From an uncultured Pseudosulfitobacter sp. (GTDB lineage Bacteria; Pseudomonadota; Alphaproteobacteria; Rhodobacterales; Rhodobacteraceae), in contig CBFHKQ010000004.1 in NCBI GenBank assembly GCA_965656435.1, forward strand, positions 8,500 through 72,499: DNA of 64,000 bases, given 5' to 3'. This document shows positions 33,574 through 43,742 of the stretch, piece after piece (within the stretch, counting starts at the first letter, position 1; each line of letters begins with the position of its first letter). Made by a program: the position numbers and the translations under genes. Below the pieces are notes generated by a model. That model did not search any database. It saw nothing but the letters and a program-made list of their open reading frames with translations, and had not been told where the DNA came from.

Positions 33574-33750
33574 ATGGAATGGGTCTATATCGTTTTTGCA
33601 GGCATTTTCGCCGCCGGTGTGGCGCTGATGGTCTATGAACGCAAACACGGGCCGCTGGGCCGCGGTCCGCAGGATCCCGCCGCCCCGCACCAATCGCAGG
33701 ATCAGCGTAGGGATCACCCCCTTGGCGGCGCTGACAACGCCGATCATTAG
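33574..33750 (+). CDS. Putative 58-aa single-pass membrane peptide, antisense within the sox operon (absent from the ORF track)
   Basis: AAGGAG 8 nt before the ATG; MEWVYIVFAGIFAAGVALMVYERKHGPLGRGPQDPAAPHQSQDQRRDHPLGGADNADH*. Confidence 0.6.
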   Translation: MEWVYIVFAGIFAAGVALMVYERKHGPLGRGPQDPAAPHQSQDQRRDHPLGGADNADH

Positions 33751-33770
33751 GACGGACACAAGCGCAGGCA

Positions 33771-35015
33771 TCAGTGTGCCACCCCGGCAGCCACGCTTTC
33801 GTCGATGAATTTACCCGCACGGAAGCGGTGCATGCTGAATTCCTCTGTCAGCGGTGAGTGCCCCTTGGCCATCAACTCCGCCATCGCCCAGCCAGAGCCC
33901 GGGATCGCCTTAAACCCGCCGGTGCCCCAGCCGCAGTTCACAAACATCCCCTCCACAGGGGTTTTGGACAGGATTGGTGAGCGGTCGCCCGTCACATCCA
34001 CAATCCCGCCCCATTGGCGCAGCATTTTGAGCCGCGAAATCATCGGGAAGGTCTCGTTCAATGCCCGCACGGTTTCTTCAATGTGGTGGAAGGCGCCGCG
34101 CTGGGTGTAGTTGTTGTAACCGTCGGTGCCGCCGCCAATCACCATCTCGCCCTTGTCGGATTGGGACATATAGCCATGCACGGTGTTGGCCATAACAACC
34201 ACGTCCATGCAGGGTTTGATCGGCTCGGACACCAGCGCCTGAAGCGCCACGGATTCCAGCGGCAACCGGAAGCCTGCCATTTCGCAGAGATCGCCAGAAT
34301 GGCCCGCAACCACGCCGCCAAGCTTGTCACAGCCGATTGCGCCGCGGGTGGTATCCACACCCACCACGCGCCCGCCTTCGGTGCGCACGCCGGTCACTTC
34401 GCAGCGTTGGATCACGTCCATACCCATGTCCGAACACGCCCGTGCATAGCCCCAGGCCACCGCGTCATGGCGCGCCGTGCCGCCACGGGCTTGCCATAGG
34501 CCACCCAGCACCGGATAGCGCGGCCCGTCGATATTGATGATCGGCACCAGCTCTTTGACCCGCTCCGGCCCGATGAATTCTGTCGCCACTCCCTGAAGGG
34601 CATTGGCGTGCGCAGTGCGTTGATAGCCGCGCACCTCGTGGTGGGTCTGCGCCAACATGATGACGCCGCGCGGGCTGAACATCACGTTATAGTTCAGATC
34701 CTGGCTCATCGTCTCATAGAGGTTGCGCGATTTTTCATAAATCGCCGCCGACGGATCCTGAAGGTAGTTCGACCGGATGATCGTTGTGTTACGCCCGGTG
34801 TTGCCGCCACCCAGCCACCCCTTTTCCAAGATCGCTACATTGGTGATGCCAAAGTTTTTGCCCAGGTAATAGGCCGTCGCCAATCCATGCCCGCCTGCAC
34901 CGACGATGATCACATCGTAATGTGATTTCGGCGCAGCATCGCGCCAGGCCCGCTCCCATCCGGTGTGCTGGCGCAACGCCTCTCTGGCAATCGCAAAAGC
35001 GGAGTATTTCTTCAT
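33771..35015 (-). CDS. soxB: Sarcosine oxidase beta subunit
   Basis: GAGGHGLATAYYL, GGNTGRNTTIIRSNY, GTARHDAVAW, GWGTGGFK. Confidence 0.97.
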   Translation of the reverse strand: MKKYSAFAIAREALRQHTGWERAWRDAAPKSHYDVIIVGAGGHGLATAYYLGKNFGITNVAILEKGWLGGGNTGRNTTIIRSNYLQDPSAAIYEKSRNLYETMSQDLNYNVMFSPRGVIMLAQTHHEVRGYQRTAHANALQGVATEFIGPERVKELVPIINIDGPRYPVLGGLWQARGGTARHDAVAWGYARACSDMGMDVIQRCEVTGVRTEGGRVVGVDTTRGAIGCDKLGGVVAGHSGDLCEMAGFRLPLESVALQALVSEPIKPCMDVVVMANTVHGYMSQSDKGEMVIGGGTDGYNNYTQRGAFHHIEETVRALNETFPMISRLKMLRQWGGIVDVTGDRSPILSKTPVEGMFVNCGWGTGGFKAIPGSGWAMAELMAKGHSPLTEEFSMHRFRAGKFIDESVAAGVAH

Positions 35016-35302
35016 GGCGTTGGTCCCTCTTGGCTGGCGGCGGCGTGCACGCGCCAAATGCACGGCGGATTCGCAGCGTGCACTCCTTGGCTTATCTATT
35101 GTGGGAGAGCGCAGAGAAAAAGGATACTCGCCGCGGCACATTGCAACCAAATTGCGACACCGGCCCAAAAGCCGTTGCGGAAGTGCGTGTTGCAAAACCA
35201 CATGCGCGGCCATTTGCCCCTTTTGCCAGCCCCGTCAGGCAGCTACACCAAACCCCAAAGTAAAATCGTGCGGTCAAGGCGCCCGAGAAACGGGGGAGGC
35301 GA

Positions 35303-36571
35303 ATGATGGAACTGGGCGGGCTTTTGCCTTTTGCAGGCTTCTGGGCGACGGCGGCGCTGGTGGCGCTGGCGGTCGTGGTTGTGCTGGCCCGCGCGATCCA
35401 TGTGCGCCGCGGTGCCCAACTGGCGGCGCGTCCCTATGACCTGAAGGTCTACCGCGACCAGTTGGATGAGATTGAACGCGATGTGGCCCGCGGGATTGTG
35501 GGCGCAGAGGACGCCGAACGGGCGCGGACCGAAGTCGCCCGCCGCATCCTTGCGGCCGACGCCGCATCTGATGTGCACGATGAGCTTCACAGCGCCCCCG
35601 CCCGCCGCGCGCCCGCTTGGATTTTGGTGGTGCTCATCGGGGCGACCCTCGTGGGTGGGAGCATCGCGATCTATGCGCAGATGGGCGCACCCGGCTATGC
35701 CGATCTGGGCCTGAGCACCCGCATCGAACAAGCGGCCGAGCGTCGCGCCACCCGGCCGGGACAGGCCGCCGCTGTCGCTGCCACCCAAACGCAAACACCC
35801 CAACCGCCCGTCGACGCCCCCGAGGAATACCTTGCCCTCATCGCGCAGCTACGTCAGACCGTGGCCGCACGTCCCGACGATACGCAAGGCCTTGCGCTCT
35901 TGGTCAACGCAGAAGCCCGCTTGGGCAATTTTGACGCTGCCGCCAAGACACAGGCGCAGTTGATCGCCGCCATCGGTGAGGATGCACCGGCCGATGCCTT
36001 CAGCGCACAGGCGGACCTAATGGTGCTGGCCGCGGGCGGCTATGTCGCGCCCGAGGCGGAGGAGGTGCTGAAAGAGGCGCTCGCACGCAACGCCGCCGAC
36101 GGTACAGCCCGCTATTATTGGGGCCTAATGATGGCCCAAACGGGTCGACCCGACACTGCTTTCCGGATCTGGGATGTGCTGCTGCGTGCAGGCCCACCCG
36201 AGGCGCCTTGGATCGCGCCCATTGAGGCGCAGATCATGGACATGGCCACCCGCGCCGGCGTGAATTACCAAATGCCTGAGATCGGCGGCGGCAGCAAAGG
36301 CCCGAGCGCCGAAGACATCGCCGCGGCCCAAGACATGACGCCCTCCGAGCGGATGGAGATGATCCGCAACATGGTTGGCGGGCTGTCTGACCGGCTCGCC
36401 ACCGAAGGCGGGCCCGTGGCCGACTGGGCGCAGCTCATCACCTCGCTCGGCGTGATCGGCGAGCGGGCGCAAGCGACTGCGATCTTGCGTGAAGCACGCA
36501 CCCGCTTTGCCGGAGATAAGGCCGCACTGGACACGCTGCTGCGCGCCGCGGAACAGGCGAATTTGGAATGA
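35303..36571 (+). CDS. ccmI: Cytochrome c biogenesis protein CcmI/CycH
   Basis: YRDQLDEIERDVARG, EVARRIL, two TM segments, TPR region, MIRNMVGGLSDRL. Confidence 0.92.
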   Translation: MMELGGLLPFAGFWATAALVALAVVVVLARAIHVRRGAQLAARPYDLKVYRDQLDEIERDVARGIVGAEDAERARTEVARRILAADAASDVHDELHSAPARRAPAWILVVLIGATLVGGSIAIYAQMGAPGYADLGLSTRIEQAAERRATRPGQAAAVAATQTQTPQPPVDAPEEYLALIAQLRQTVAARPDDTQGLALLVNAEARLGNFDAAAKTQAQLIAAIGEDAPADAFSAQADLMVLAAGGYVAPEAEEVLKEALARNAADGTARYYWGLMMAQTGRPDTAFRIWDVLLRAGPPEAPWIAPIEAQIMDMATRAGVNYQMPEIGGGSKGPSAEDIAAAQDMTPSERMEMIRNMVGGLSDRLATEGGPVADWAQLITSLGVIGERAQATAILREARTRFAGDKAALDTLLRAAEQANLE

Positions 36572-37047
36572 TATTTGACGACATCGCAACGTTCGCAGAG
36601 GCGGTGCCTGCGCGCAGCTCGCTCATCGGGTTAGACCTGGGCGAGAAAACCATAGGCGTGGCGGTCTCGGACACCTTTGGCTCTGTCGCAACCCCGCTAG
36701 AGACCGTGCGGCGCAAAAAATTCGGCGTAGATGCCGCACGCTTGCAGGCCATCATCGAAGGCCGCGCCATCGGCGGGCTGGTGTTGGGCCTGCCGCGCAA
36801 CATGGACGGAACCGAGGGGCCGCGGTGCCAATCCACCCGCGCTTTTGCCCGCAATTTCGCCACCCTCTGGCCCGGGCCGATCACCTTTTGGGATGAACGC
36901 CTGTCCACGGTTGCGGCGGAAAAAGCGCTGCTTGAGGCGGATACGACGCGAAAACGTCGCGCAGAGGTGATCGACCACGTGGCCGCCAGCTACATATTGC
37001 AAGGATTGCTAGACCGATTGCGCGTCCTGAAAGGCAGCCCCCAATGA
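36568..37047 (+). CDS. ruvX: YqgF/RuvX nuclease
   Basis: GLDLGEKTIGVAVSD, GLPRNMDG, WDERLST, IDHVAA. Confidence 0.95.
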   Translation: MIFDDIATFAEAVPARSSLIGLDLGEKTIGVAVSDTFGSVATPLETVRRKKFGVDAARLQAIIEGRAIGGLVLGLPRNMDGTEGPRCQSTRAFARNFATLWPGPITFWDERLSTVAAEKALLEADTTRKRRAEVIDHVAASYILQGLLDRLRVLKGSPQ

Positions 37048-37277
37048 CGACACCCGTGTGGACCCGCCCCGAGATTGAAAGCCCCTGCATCCGCGTCTGC
37101 GTGGTGCATCCTGAGACGCGCCTGTGCACAGGCTGCGCACGCTCAATCGACGAGATTGGCCGCTGGTCGCGGATGCCCGCCGAAGAACGCAGCCGCATCA
37201 TGGCGGAACTGCCAACACGTGAGGCGGCGCCCAAAACCCGCCGTGGCGGGCGGGCCGCGCGGCTTAACCGCTCCTAG
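37044..37277 (+). CDS. DUF1289 small Cys-rich protein
   Basis: ESPCIRVC...CTGCARSIDEI; ATGA-type coupling to ruvX. Confidence 0.9.
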   Translation: MTTPVWTRPEIESPCIRVCVVHPETRLCTGCARSIDEIGRWSRMPAEERSRIMAELPTREAAPKTRRGGRAARLNRS

Positions 37278-37308
37278 CCTCTCTTAGCCGCTGCAAGGGA
37301 GGCGCATG

Positions 37309-38097
37309 CTAGACGCCCGCAACCCACGCCGCCGCACCGCCTTCGATTTCAGGCCGGAAATAAGCGATCATGCGCCCTTCAGGCGCGGCATGGGCCTGTG
37401 GTTGCCACGGTGCAACGCCGTGCAAAGCCATCCGGTGTAGCAGTACCGCGCCACCTACTGGCAAAGGCACCTCCACACGCTTGCACGTGTCAAAACAGAT
37501 CTTGCGCGCGGCGACATAGACATCGGTCACATCCACCTCTTCTGGCTGGTCTATGCCTGCTAGCGCTTGGGCAAAGACGCGGTGCATAATGCGGTGGCTG
37601 CCTTCCCAAATCACCAAGGGCGCAGCATCGGCGGACGCCTCAGACAGCGCAATGCCCAGAATAAATTGATGCGGCTCCTGCACAAAGCGGCGTTTCGGCG
37701 TGCCCACCCCGAGGACCCCATCCACATGGGCCGCATCGCGGTTCAGGCGGTAGCGAAAGCCCGCCTCCGTCTCGCCCGCCCGCGGCCGAGGATAACCGGG
37801 GTAGGTCACAGAGAGTTGCGCACGGTGCAGGGCCGGCCAGCCGCCGCATTCGGCAGTGGCAAAATCCACCGCAGTCCCGGCCAACGGCGCGGACCGGCCG
37901 GTGCGCAACTGCACCGCCCCTGCCGCATCATTGGGCAGCGCATCTAGCCCCACAAACCAAGTGCCCTCACATTGGTGCCACTGTGCCAGCGCCGGATCAG
38001 CAACAGCCTCCAGACCTGCCAACCGCGCCTGAGCCGCCCATGTCAGGGTCGCGTCCTCTGGTGCAAAGACGGCAAATCCTTGCTCCCAAAAAATCAT
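37309..38097 (-). CDS. Hypothetical protein, probable Fe(II)/2-oxoglutarate (PhyH-like) oxygenase fold
   Basis: AAHVDG (HxD) with distal LHRMALHG and RMIAYF. Confidence 0.55.
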   Translation of the reverse strand: MIFWEQGFAVFAPEDATLTWAAQARLAGLEAVADPALAQWHQCEGTWFVGLDALPNDAAGAVQLRTGRSAPLAGTAVDFATAECGGWPALHRAQLSVTYPGYPRPRAGETEAGFRYRLNRDAAHVDGVLGVGTPKRRFVQEPHQFILGIALSEASADAAPLVIWEGSHRIMHRVFAQALAGIDQPEEVDVTDVYVAARKICFDTCKRVEVPLPVGGAVLLHRMALHGVAPWQPQAHAAPEGRMIAYFRPEIEGGAAAWVAGV

Positions 38098-38942
38098 TAG
38101 AACAGCGCCTTACGCAGCATGTTTAAAGCAACCAAAATGAGGAAAACCGCAAAGACCCGCTTGAGGGGTTTGGGGTCCATCGCGTGGGCCAAACGCACGC
38201 CCCACGGCGCAGTGACCAACGTCATCGCGATGATGACCCCGAAGGCCACAACATTGACCGCGCCGACGGTCACCGGCGGCACCGGGGCTGCCATTTGCAT
38301 CCACAAAAACCCAATCACCGCGGGCACCGCGATCACGACGCCAAAGCCTGCGGCTGTCGCCACCGCCCGGTGGATGGGCGTGTTGTAAAGGCTCATCAAC
38401 GGCACGCCAAAGCTACCCCCACCGATCCCCATCAGCACCGACATAAACCCCATGAGGGGCGAGAGAAGCAGCCGCAGCACACCGCTCGGCATGGCTTGTC
38501 CCAATCGCCAATGCGCCCGGCCAAAGCCCATATAAAGTCCCACGCTCAGCGCCAGCACACCGAAAATCGCCTGCAAAGTGTCAGAGCGCAGTTGCGATAC
38601 AACAAAGGTTCCCAACGCGGCCCCCAACACAATGCCGGGTGCCCAGCCGCGCAAGATATCCCAATCAACAGCGCCTTTTTTCGCGTGGCTTTGCACCGAA
38701 CGGATTGATGTCACAATGATCGTGGCAAGTGAGGTGGCCAGACACAACTGCATCAGGTTTGGGCCGTCATAGCCAAGTGTCGAGAAGGCATAGAAAAAAG
38801 CAGGCACCAGAACGATGCCGCCCCCGACCCCCAAAAGCCCCGCCAACACGCCCGCAAAAGCGCCAATGCCCAGCAAGAGCGCCAGCATCTGCATCAGCAA
38901 CATCGGTTCCGGCAAAGTGTCTATTATCAGCGCAGGCGACAT
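38097..38942 (-). CDS. TauE/SafE family membrane transporter
   Basis: AGLLGVGGGIVLVP, ATSLATII, MGIGGGSFGVP, AVATAA; start uncertain. Confidence 0.9.
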   Translation of the reverse strand: MSPALIIDTLPEPMLLMQMLALLLGIGAFAGVLAGLLGVGGGIVLVPAFFYAFSTLGYDGPNLMQLCLATSLATIIVTSIRSVQSHAKKGAVDWDILRGWAPGIVLGAALGTFVVSQLRSDTLQAIFGVLALSVGLYMGFGRAHWRLGQAMPSGVLRLLLSPLMGFMSVLMGIGGGSFGVPLMSLYNTPIHRAVATAAGFGVVIAVPAVIGFLWMQMAAPVPPVTVGAVNVVAFGVIIAMTLVTAPWGVRLAHAMDPKPLKRVFAVFLILVALNMLRKALF

Positions 38943-39015
38943 CGGCTTTTTCCTTTTGATACGGATGCTTTAGCGCGGCCCAACAAAGACACACGCCACA
39001 GCCCTTCCGCACTGT

Positions 39016-40047
39016 CTATCCTGCGGCGGCGTCTTGTGCCAGCGCTGTGACCTGCTGCAATGCGGCTTCCACCACCTCGGTGCCCGCCCCTTTGTCATGC
39101 GCGCGCTCGCTCAGCGTGCGGCGCCATCCGCGCGCGCCGGGTCGCCCCGTAAAGAGGCCAAGCATGTGGCGTGTGACTTGATGCAGCCGCCCACCTTGGC
39201 TGAGATGCGCCTCGATATAGGGCAGCATTTGCGCCACGGCGTCCTCTGCACTACGATCTGGTGTGCGCCCAGCGGCATCCGGTTTTGCGCCAAAAATGCG
39301 CCGATCCGCAGTGCTTAGGATGTCGCAAGGCTGGTGATAGGCCGCGCGGCCGACCATCACGCCATCAAGGCTAGCGTCCAACATTTCAAGCGCGCTATCA
39401 AGGCTGGTAATCCCGCCATTGATGGAAATGTGCAGATTTGGAAACAGCCCTTTCATGCGCTTCACCAGCGCATAATCCAGCGGTGGAATATCGCGATTTT
39501 CCTTGGGGCTGAGGCCTTGCAACCATGCCTTGCGTGCATGGATGATCACCCGCTCACACCCTGCCGCTACGATTTGGGCGAGGAATTCGGGCAACACGGC
39601 CTCGGGGTCTTGGTCATCCACGCCAATGCGGCATTTAACGGTAATCTCGGCATCCACCGCGGCGCGCATTTCGCTTATGCAGCGCGCCACACGCGGCGCA
39701 TCGCGCATTAAAACCGCACCAAAAGTGCCCGACTGTACCCGATCCGACGGGCAGCCGACATTGAGGTTAATCTCGGCGTAGCCAGCAGCCACGCCCATAC
39801 GCGCAGCCTGCGCCAATTCCTGCGCGTCCGAACCACCAAGCTGCAATGCGACGGGGTGTTCGGCGGCATCGTGTTCTAACAAGTGCTGCGCGCCACCGCG
39901 GACCAATGCCGCTGAAGTGACCATTTCCGTATATAGCAACGCCTCCGACGACAGCGCCCGGTGCAGCATGCGGCAATGACGGTCGGTCCAATCCATCATG
40001 GGGGCCACGCTGAGGCGAGATGCGATTTCAAGGCGGCGTTTCATCAT
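39016..40047 (-). CDS. dusA: tRNA dihydrouridine(20/20a) synthase
   Basis: SVAPMMDWTDRH, NLNVGCPSDRVQSG, HARKAWLQGLSPKENR. Confidence 0.96.
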   Translation of the reverse strand: MMKRRLEIASRLSVAPMMDWTDRHCRMLHRALSSEALLYTEMVTSAALVRGGAQHLLEHDAAEHPVALQLGGSDAQELAQAARMGVAAGYAEINLNVGCPSDRVQSGTFGAVLMRDAPRVARCISEMRAAVDAEITVKCRIGVDDQDPEAVLPEFLAQIVAAGCERVIIHARKAWLQGLSPKENRDIPPLDYALVKRMKGLFPNLHISINGGITSLDSALEMLDASLDGVMVGRAAYHQPCDILSTADRRIFGAKPDAAGRTPDRSAEDAVAQMLPYIEAHLSQGGRLHQVTRHMLGLFTGRPGARGWRRTLSERAHDKGAGTEVVEAALQQVTALAQDAAAG

Positions 40048-40262
40048 GGTCGGTGCAAAAGCCTCTGCAAACGGTCGGTTGGGGACGGTGATTTGAGCGG
40101 ATCTAGCAAAAATTATCCGCCAAGGCACCCCTTTTGCGCGGCAGGGCAAAATGTCACGGTTAGGTGTCTTCGTACAATATCACAAAGAGCTAAGCCCCTT
40201 GCGGTTAGCGGATAAAGCACCCAGCATGGCAAACAGTGATCCTTACCCCCGTGGCCGCGCAC

Positions 40263-40697
40263 ATGTCCAAGACCGCCCCCCGCCCCAAGCTCGCGGCCCT
40301 CGCAGTTGTCATCCATGAGGGCGCCGCCTTGTTGGTGCAGCGCGCCAACGCACCGGGTGCGGGGCTTTGGGGCTTTCCCGGTGGTCATGTGGAATGGGGC
40401 GAAACGGTGATGGCCGCCGCAGCCCGCGAGTTGCGTGAGGAAACAAGTGTGGTCGCCACGCCGCGCGATTTTATCACAAATGTGGATGTGATCGTACCGG
40501 ATGAGACCGGCGCTGTGACACATCACTTTCTGCTTGTTGCAGTGCGCTGTGACTATGTGTCCGGCACACCCCTTGCAGGCGATGATGCGCGCGATACGGC
40601 TTGGGTCCCGCTCGCAGATATTTTGCAGCCGAACACGTCCAACCGCCCCCTCAGCGCGAATGTCACCGATGTACTGCGCCGGGCGCTGGGGCACTGA
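40263..40697 (+). CDS. NUDIX hydrolase
   Basis: Nudix box GGHVEWGETVMAAAARELREET. Confidence 0.92.
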   Translation: MSKTAPRPKLAALAVVIHEGAALLVQRANAPGAGLWGFPGGHVEWGETVMAAAARELREETSVVATPRDFITNVDVIVPDETGAVTHHFLLVAVRCDYVSGTPLAGDDARDTAWVPLADILQPNTSNRPLSANVTDVLRRALGH

Positions 40698-40882
40698 CCT
40701 CTCTGGTGATACTCACAATCTCGGGGTAGTACGGACACAAGGTGCGGGCGCGGCATCAAAAAACACGTTTCGCGCCCAAAACACGCCGGTTGTCGACAAA
40801 ATCGGTCGGGCATCCCTTGCGTTTTGCGGCAAAGGTCGCATTTTGGCATAAATCAAATTGGATCAATGCTGTAGGAGCGCGC

Positions 40883-43741
40883 GTGTCCCTCTTTATTATC
40901 GTTGCCCTTCCGTTTCTTGGTGCGCTGCTGCCGGGGTTGATGAACCCTGCGGGGCGTGCCTCTGTGGGCGGGGTGACATTTACTGTCACACTCGCGGCAT
41001 TTGTCGGGCTGCTCACCAACCTGCCCGCCGTTTTGGCGGGTGACGTCGTCACTGCGCGCGTGGATTGGATGCCTCAGCTGGGCCTGAACGTTAGTCTGAT
41101 GCTCGACGGGCTGGGCTTTTTCTTTGCGCTGTTGATCCTGGGCATTGGCCTTTTGATCATCGCTTATGGGCGCAATTACCTGTCGCGCAATGACAATATG
41201 GGGCAGTTCTTTACCTATTTGCTGCTGTTCCAAGGCGCGATGGTCGGCATCGTCATGTCCGACAACATCCTGCTTTTGCTGGTGTTTTGGGAGCTGACCT
41301 CGCTGTCGTCCTTCTTGCTCATCGGCTATTGGAAGCATCTGCCCGAAGGCCGCCAGGGCGCGCGCATGGCGCTGACCGTGACCGGCATGGGCGGGCTCGC
41401 GATGATCGGCGGGATGCTGATCCTGGGGCAAATCGTAGGAAGCTATGATCTGAGTGTTATCCTGCAAAACCGCGATGTGATCCAAGACAGCCCGCTATAT
41501 CTGCCGGCGCTCATCCTAATCTTGCTGGGCTGTTTCACCAAATCGGCGCAGTTTCCATTCCACTTCTGGCTGCCACATGCGATGGCGGCCCCCACCCCGG
41601 TCAGCGCTTATTTGCACTCTGCCACTATGGTTAAGGCCGGTATTTTTTTGATGGCGCGTATGTGGCCGGTCCTGTCAGGCACGCCAGAATGGTTCGCGAT
41701 TGTGACCACGGCTGGCCTGATTACGATGGTGCTGGGCGCTGTGATTGCGCTCTTTAAGCATGACCTCAAGGCGCTATTGGCCTTTTCCACCGTCAGCCAT
41801 TTGGGTCTGATCACCATGCTTTTGGGCACCGGCACTGCTTTTGGCGCGATGGCCGCGATGTTCCACATTCTAAACCACGCGACGTTCAAAGCGGCCCTGT
41901 TTATGTCCGCCGGGATCGTGGACCACGAAACGCACACCCGCGACATTCGCCGCCTTGGCGGGCTGCGCCACCTGATGCCGATTACCTTTGGGATCGCCAC
42001 GCTGGCGGCCCTGTCAATGGCGGGCATACCGCTGCTGAACGGCTTCTTGTCCAAGGAAATGATGCTGGAAGAGGCCACGCGCACGGTCCTGTTCGACACG
42101 CAGTGGTTGGTGCCGGCGCTCGCGACGTTTGGCTCGCTTTTCTCTGCCGCCTACTGTTTCCGTTTGATCGGGCACACCTTCTTGGGACCTGTGCGCGACG
42201 ATTATCCCGCAAAGCCGCATGATCCGGGCGCGGGCCTCTGGCTGCCCCCTGCCATCCTGGTTGTGTTGGTCGTGGTGATCGGTGTCGCGCCGTTCTTGGC
42301 CGAGCCGTTCATCAAACTGGTCACATCGGCCGTCTTAGGGGACGCGGCCTCTGTGCCCAAAGCCTACTTCAAGATCTGGCACGGGCTTGTCCCGGCCCTG
42401 TTTATGTCTGTCGCTGCTGTCGTCGGCGGTTTGATCCTGCTGGCCGTGTTCAACCCCGCCTTGCGCCTGTGGGACGCGGCCCCGCGCCCCGAGGCCAAGC
42501 AAATTTTTGATGCGCTCATCGCCCGCGCCGTGCGCGCCGCTGAGGCACTGGTCCTGCCGCTGCACAACGGCGCCTTCTCGCGCTATGCTGCGGTGGGCAC
42601 GGTGGCGATCCTCGCAGCGGGCTTCCATGCGTGGCAAACAGGCGCGCTGTCGGCACCGGTTCACATGAACCAAGCCGCCAGCCCTGTGGCCATCGCCGGC
42701 TGGGCCATGTTGGTCGCGGCCACATTGGCGCTTGTGACGCTACACCGCGCGCGGCTGTTGTCGCTCATTCTGATCGGGATCATCGGGCTCATGGTTTCCG
42801 TTGGTTTTGTGTATTTCAGCGCGCCGGATCTGGCGATGACGCAATTCACGGTTGAGGTTGTGACGATCATTCTTCTGCTTCTGGCGCTGAATTTTCTGCC
42901 CAAGGATACACCGCGTGAGAGCAGCATCTGGCGTCGCAGTCGCGATGCAGTCCTCGCCATTGCGGGCGGTGCAGCGACCTGCGCGCTGGCCTATCATTAC
43001 TTGCTGCGCGATGCGGTGCTTACCCCCATCTCAGAATTCCACCTCGCCAACAGCTATAAAGGCGGCGGCGGCACCAATGTGGTCAACGTGATCTTGGTCG
43101 ATTTCCGCGGCTTTGACACCTACGGCGAGATTATCGTTTTGGGCATTGCAGCGCTGTTGATCTATGCGTTGACCGAAACGCTGCTGAGCGGGCCGGTTCG
43201 GGCGCGTTTGCTCAACCGCACGCCGGATCAAGCCCGTGCCGGCGACATGCACCCGATGATGATGGTGGTGCTGACCCGTGTGATCATGCCTGTGGTGATG
43301 CTGGTTGGGTTCTATATCTTCTTGCGCGGCCATAATGAGCCTGGCGGCGGGTTCATTGCGGGCCTCATCGTGAGCATCGGCGTGGTGATGCAATATATGG
43401 CCAGCGGCTTTAGCTGGGCCTCCGCGCGGCTGCGCTATCCCTATCACGGGGTCATCGGTGCGGGCGTTTTGGTGGCAGGGTTTACCGGCATTGGCGCGTG
43501 GTTTGTGGGTAAGCCATTCCTGACCTCGGACTTCACCTATGTGCGCATCCCACCCTTTGAAAAGTTTGAATTGGCCACGGCTGCCCTCTTTGACGTGGGG
43601 GTGTTCTTGGCTGTTGTGGGGGCTGTGATGCTGTCACTTGAGAGCTTTAGCCGACTGGCGCGCCGCGCCCATGATCCAGAGACACAACATCCGATGGACA
43701 TTGATCCTTCGCGGGATGAGACCGCCAAGGAGGGCACATAA
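40883..43741 (+). CDS. phaA: Monovalent cation/H+ antiporter subunit A/B fusion (PhaAB/MrpAB)
   Basis: GTG start after AGGAG; KSAQFPFHFWLP, SAYLHSATMVKAG, DFRGFDT, GHNEPGGGF (fused MrpB). Confidence 0.95.
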   Translation: MSLFIIVALPFLGALLPGLMNPAGRASVGGVTFTVTLAAFVGLLTNLPAVLAGDVVTARVDWMPQLGLNVSLMLDGLGFFFALLILGIGLLIIAYGRNYLSRNDNMGQFFTYLLLFQGAMVGIVMSDNILLLLVFWELTSLSSFLLIGYWKHLPEGRQGARMALTVTGMGGLAMIGGMLILGQIVGSYDLSVILQNRDVIQDSPLYLPALILILLGCFTKSAQFPFHFWLPHAMAAPTPVSAYLHSATMVKAGIFLMARMWPVLSGTPEWFAIVTTAGLITMVLGAVIALFKHDLKALLAFSTVSHLGLITMLLGTGTAFGAMAAMFHILNHATFKAALFMSAGIVDHETHTRDIRRLGGLRHLMPITFGIATLAALSMAGIPLLNGFLSKEMMLEEATRTVLFDTQWLVPALATFGSLFSAAYCFRLIGHTFLGPVRDDYPAKPHDPGAGLWLPPAILVVLVVVIGVAPFLAEPFIKLVTSAVLGDAASVPKAYFKIWHGLVPALFMSVAAVVGGLILLAVFNPALRLWDAAPRPEAKQIFDALIARAVRAAEALVLPLHNGAFSRYAAVGTVAILAAGFHAWQTGALSAPVHMNQAASPVAIAGWAMLVAATLALVTLHRARLLSLILIGIIGLMVSVGFVYFSAPDLAMTQFTVEVVTIILLLLALNFLPKDTPRESSIWRRSRDAVLAIAGGAATCALAYHYLLRDAVLTPISEFHLANSYKGGGGTNVVNVILVDFRGFDTYGEIIVLGIAALLIYALTETLLSGPVRARLLNRTPDQARAGDMHPMMMVVLTRVIMPVVMLVGFYIFLRGHNEPGGGFIAGLIVSIGVVMQYMASGFSWASARLRYPYHGVIGAGVLVAGFTGIGAWFVGKPFLTSDFTYVRIPPFEKFELATAALFDVGVFLAVVGAVMLSLESFSRLARRAHDPETQHPMDIDPSRDETAKEGT

Positions 43742-43742
43742 C

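Noticed and set aside
33490-33771. 93-aa minus-strand ORF between soxB and soxD
   Set aside because: Despite the TGATG overlap with soxB it lacks protein-like features; the plus-strand 58-aa ORF has the better RBS and topology. Not fully excluded.
29511-35015. sox gene names suggesting thiosulfate oxidation
   Set aside because: The motifs are those of heterotetrameric sarcosine oxidase, not the sulfur-oxidising Sox system.
35095-35150. GGAGAG...CGCCG sequence near the soxB promoter, reminiscent of a glycine riboswitch
   Set aside because: It is on the wrong strand for soxB and lacks the GAAGG and CTCTCAGG elements.
4003-36571. ccmABCDG separated from ccmI, with ccmE/F/H absent
   Set aside because: Split ccm loci are normal in alphaproteobacteria; not a sign of gene loss.
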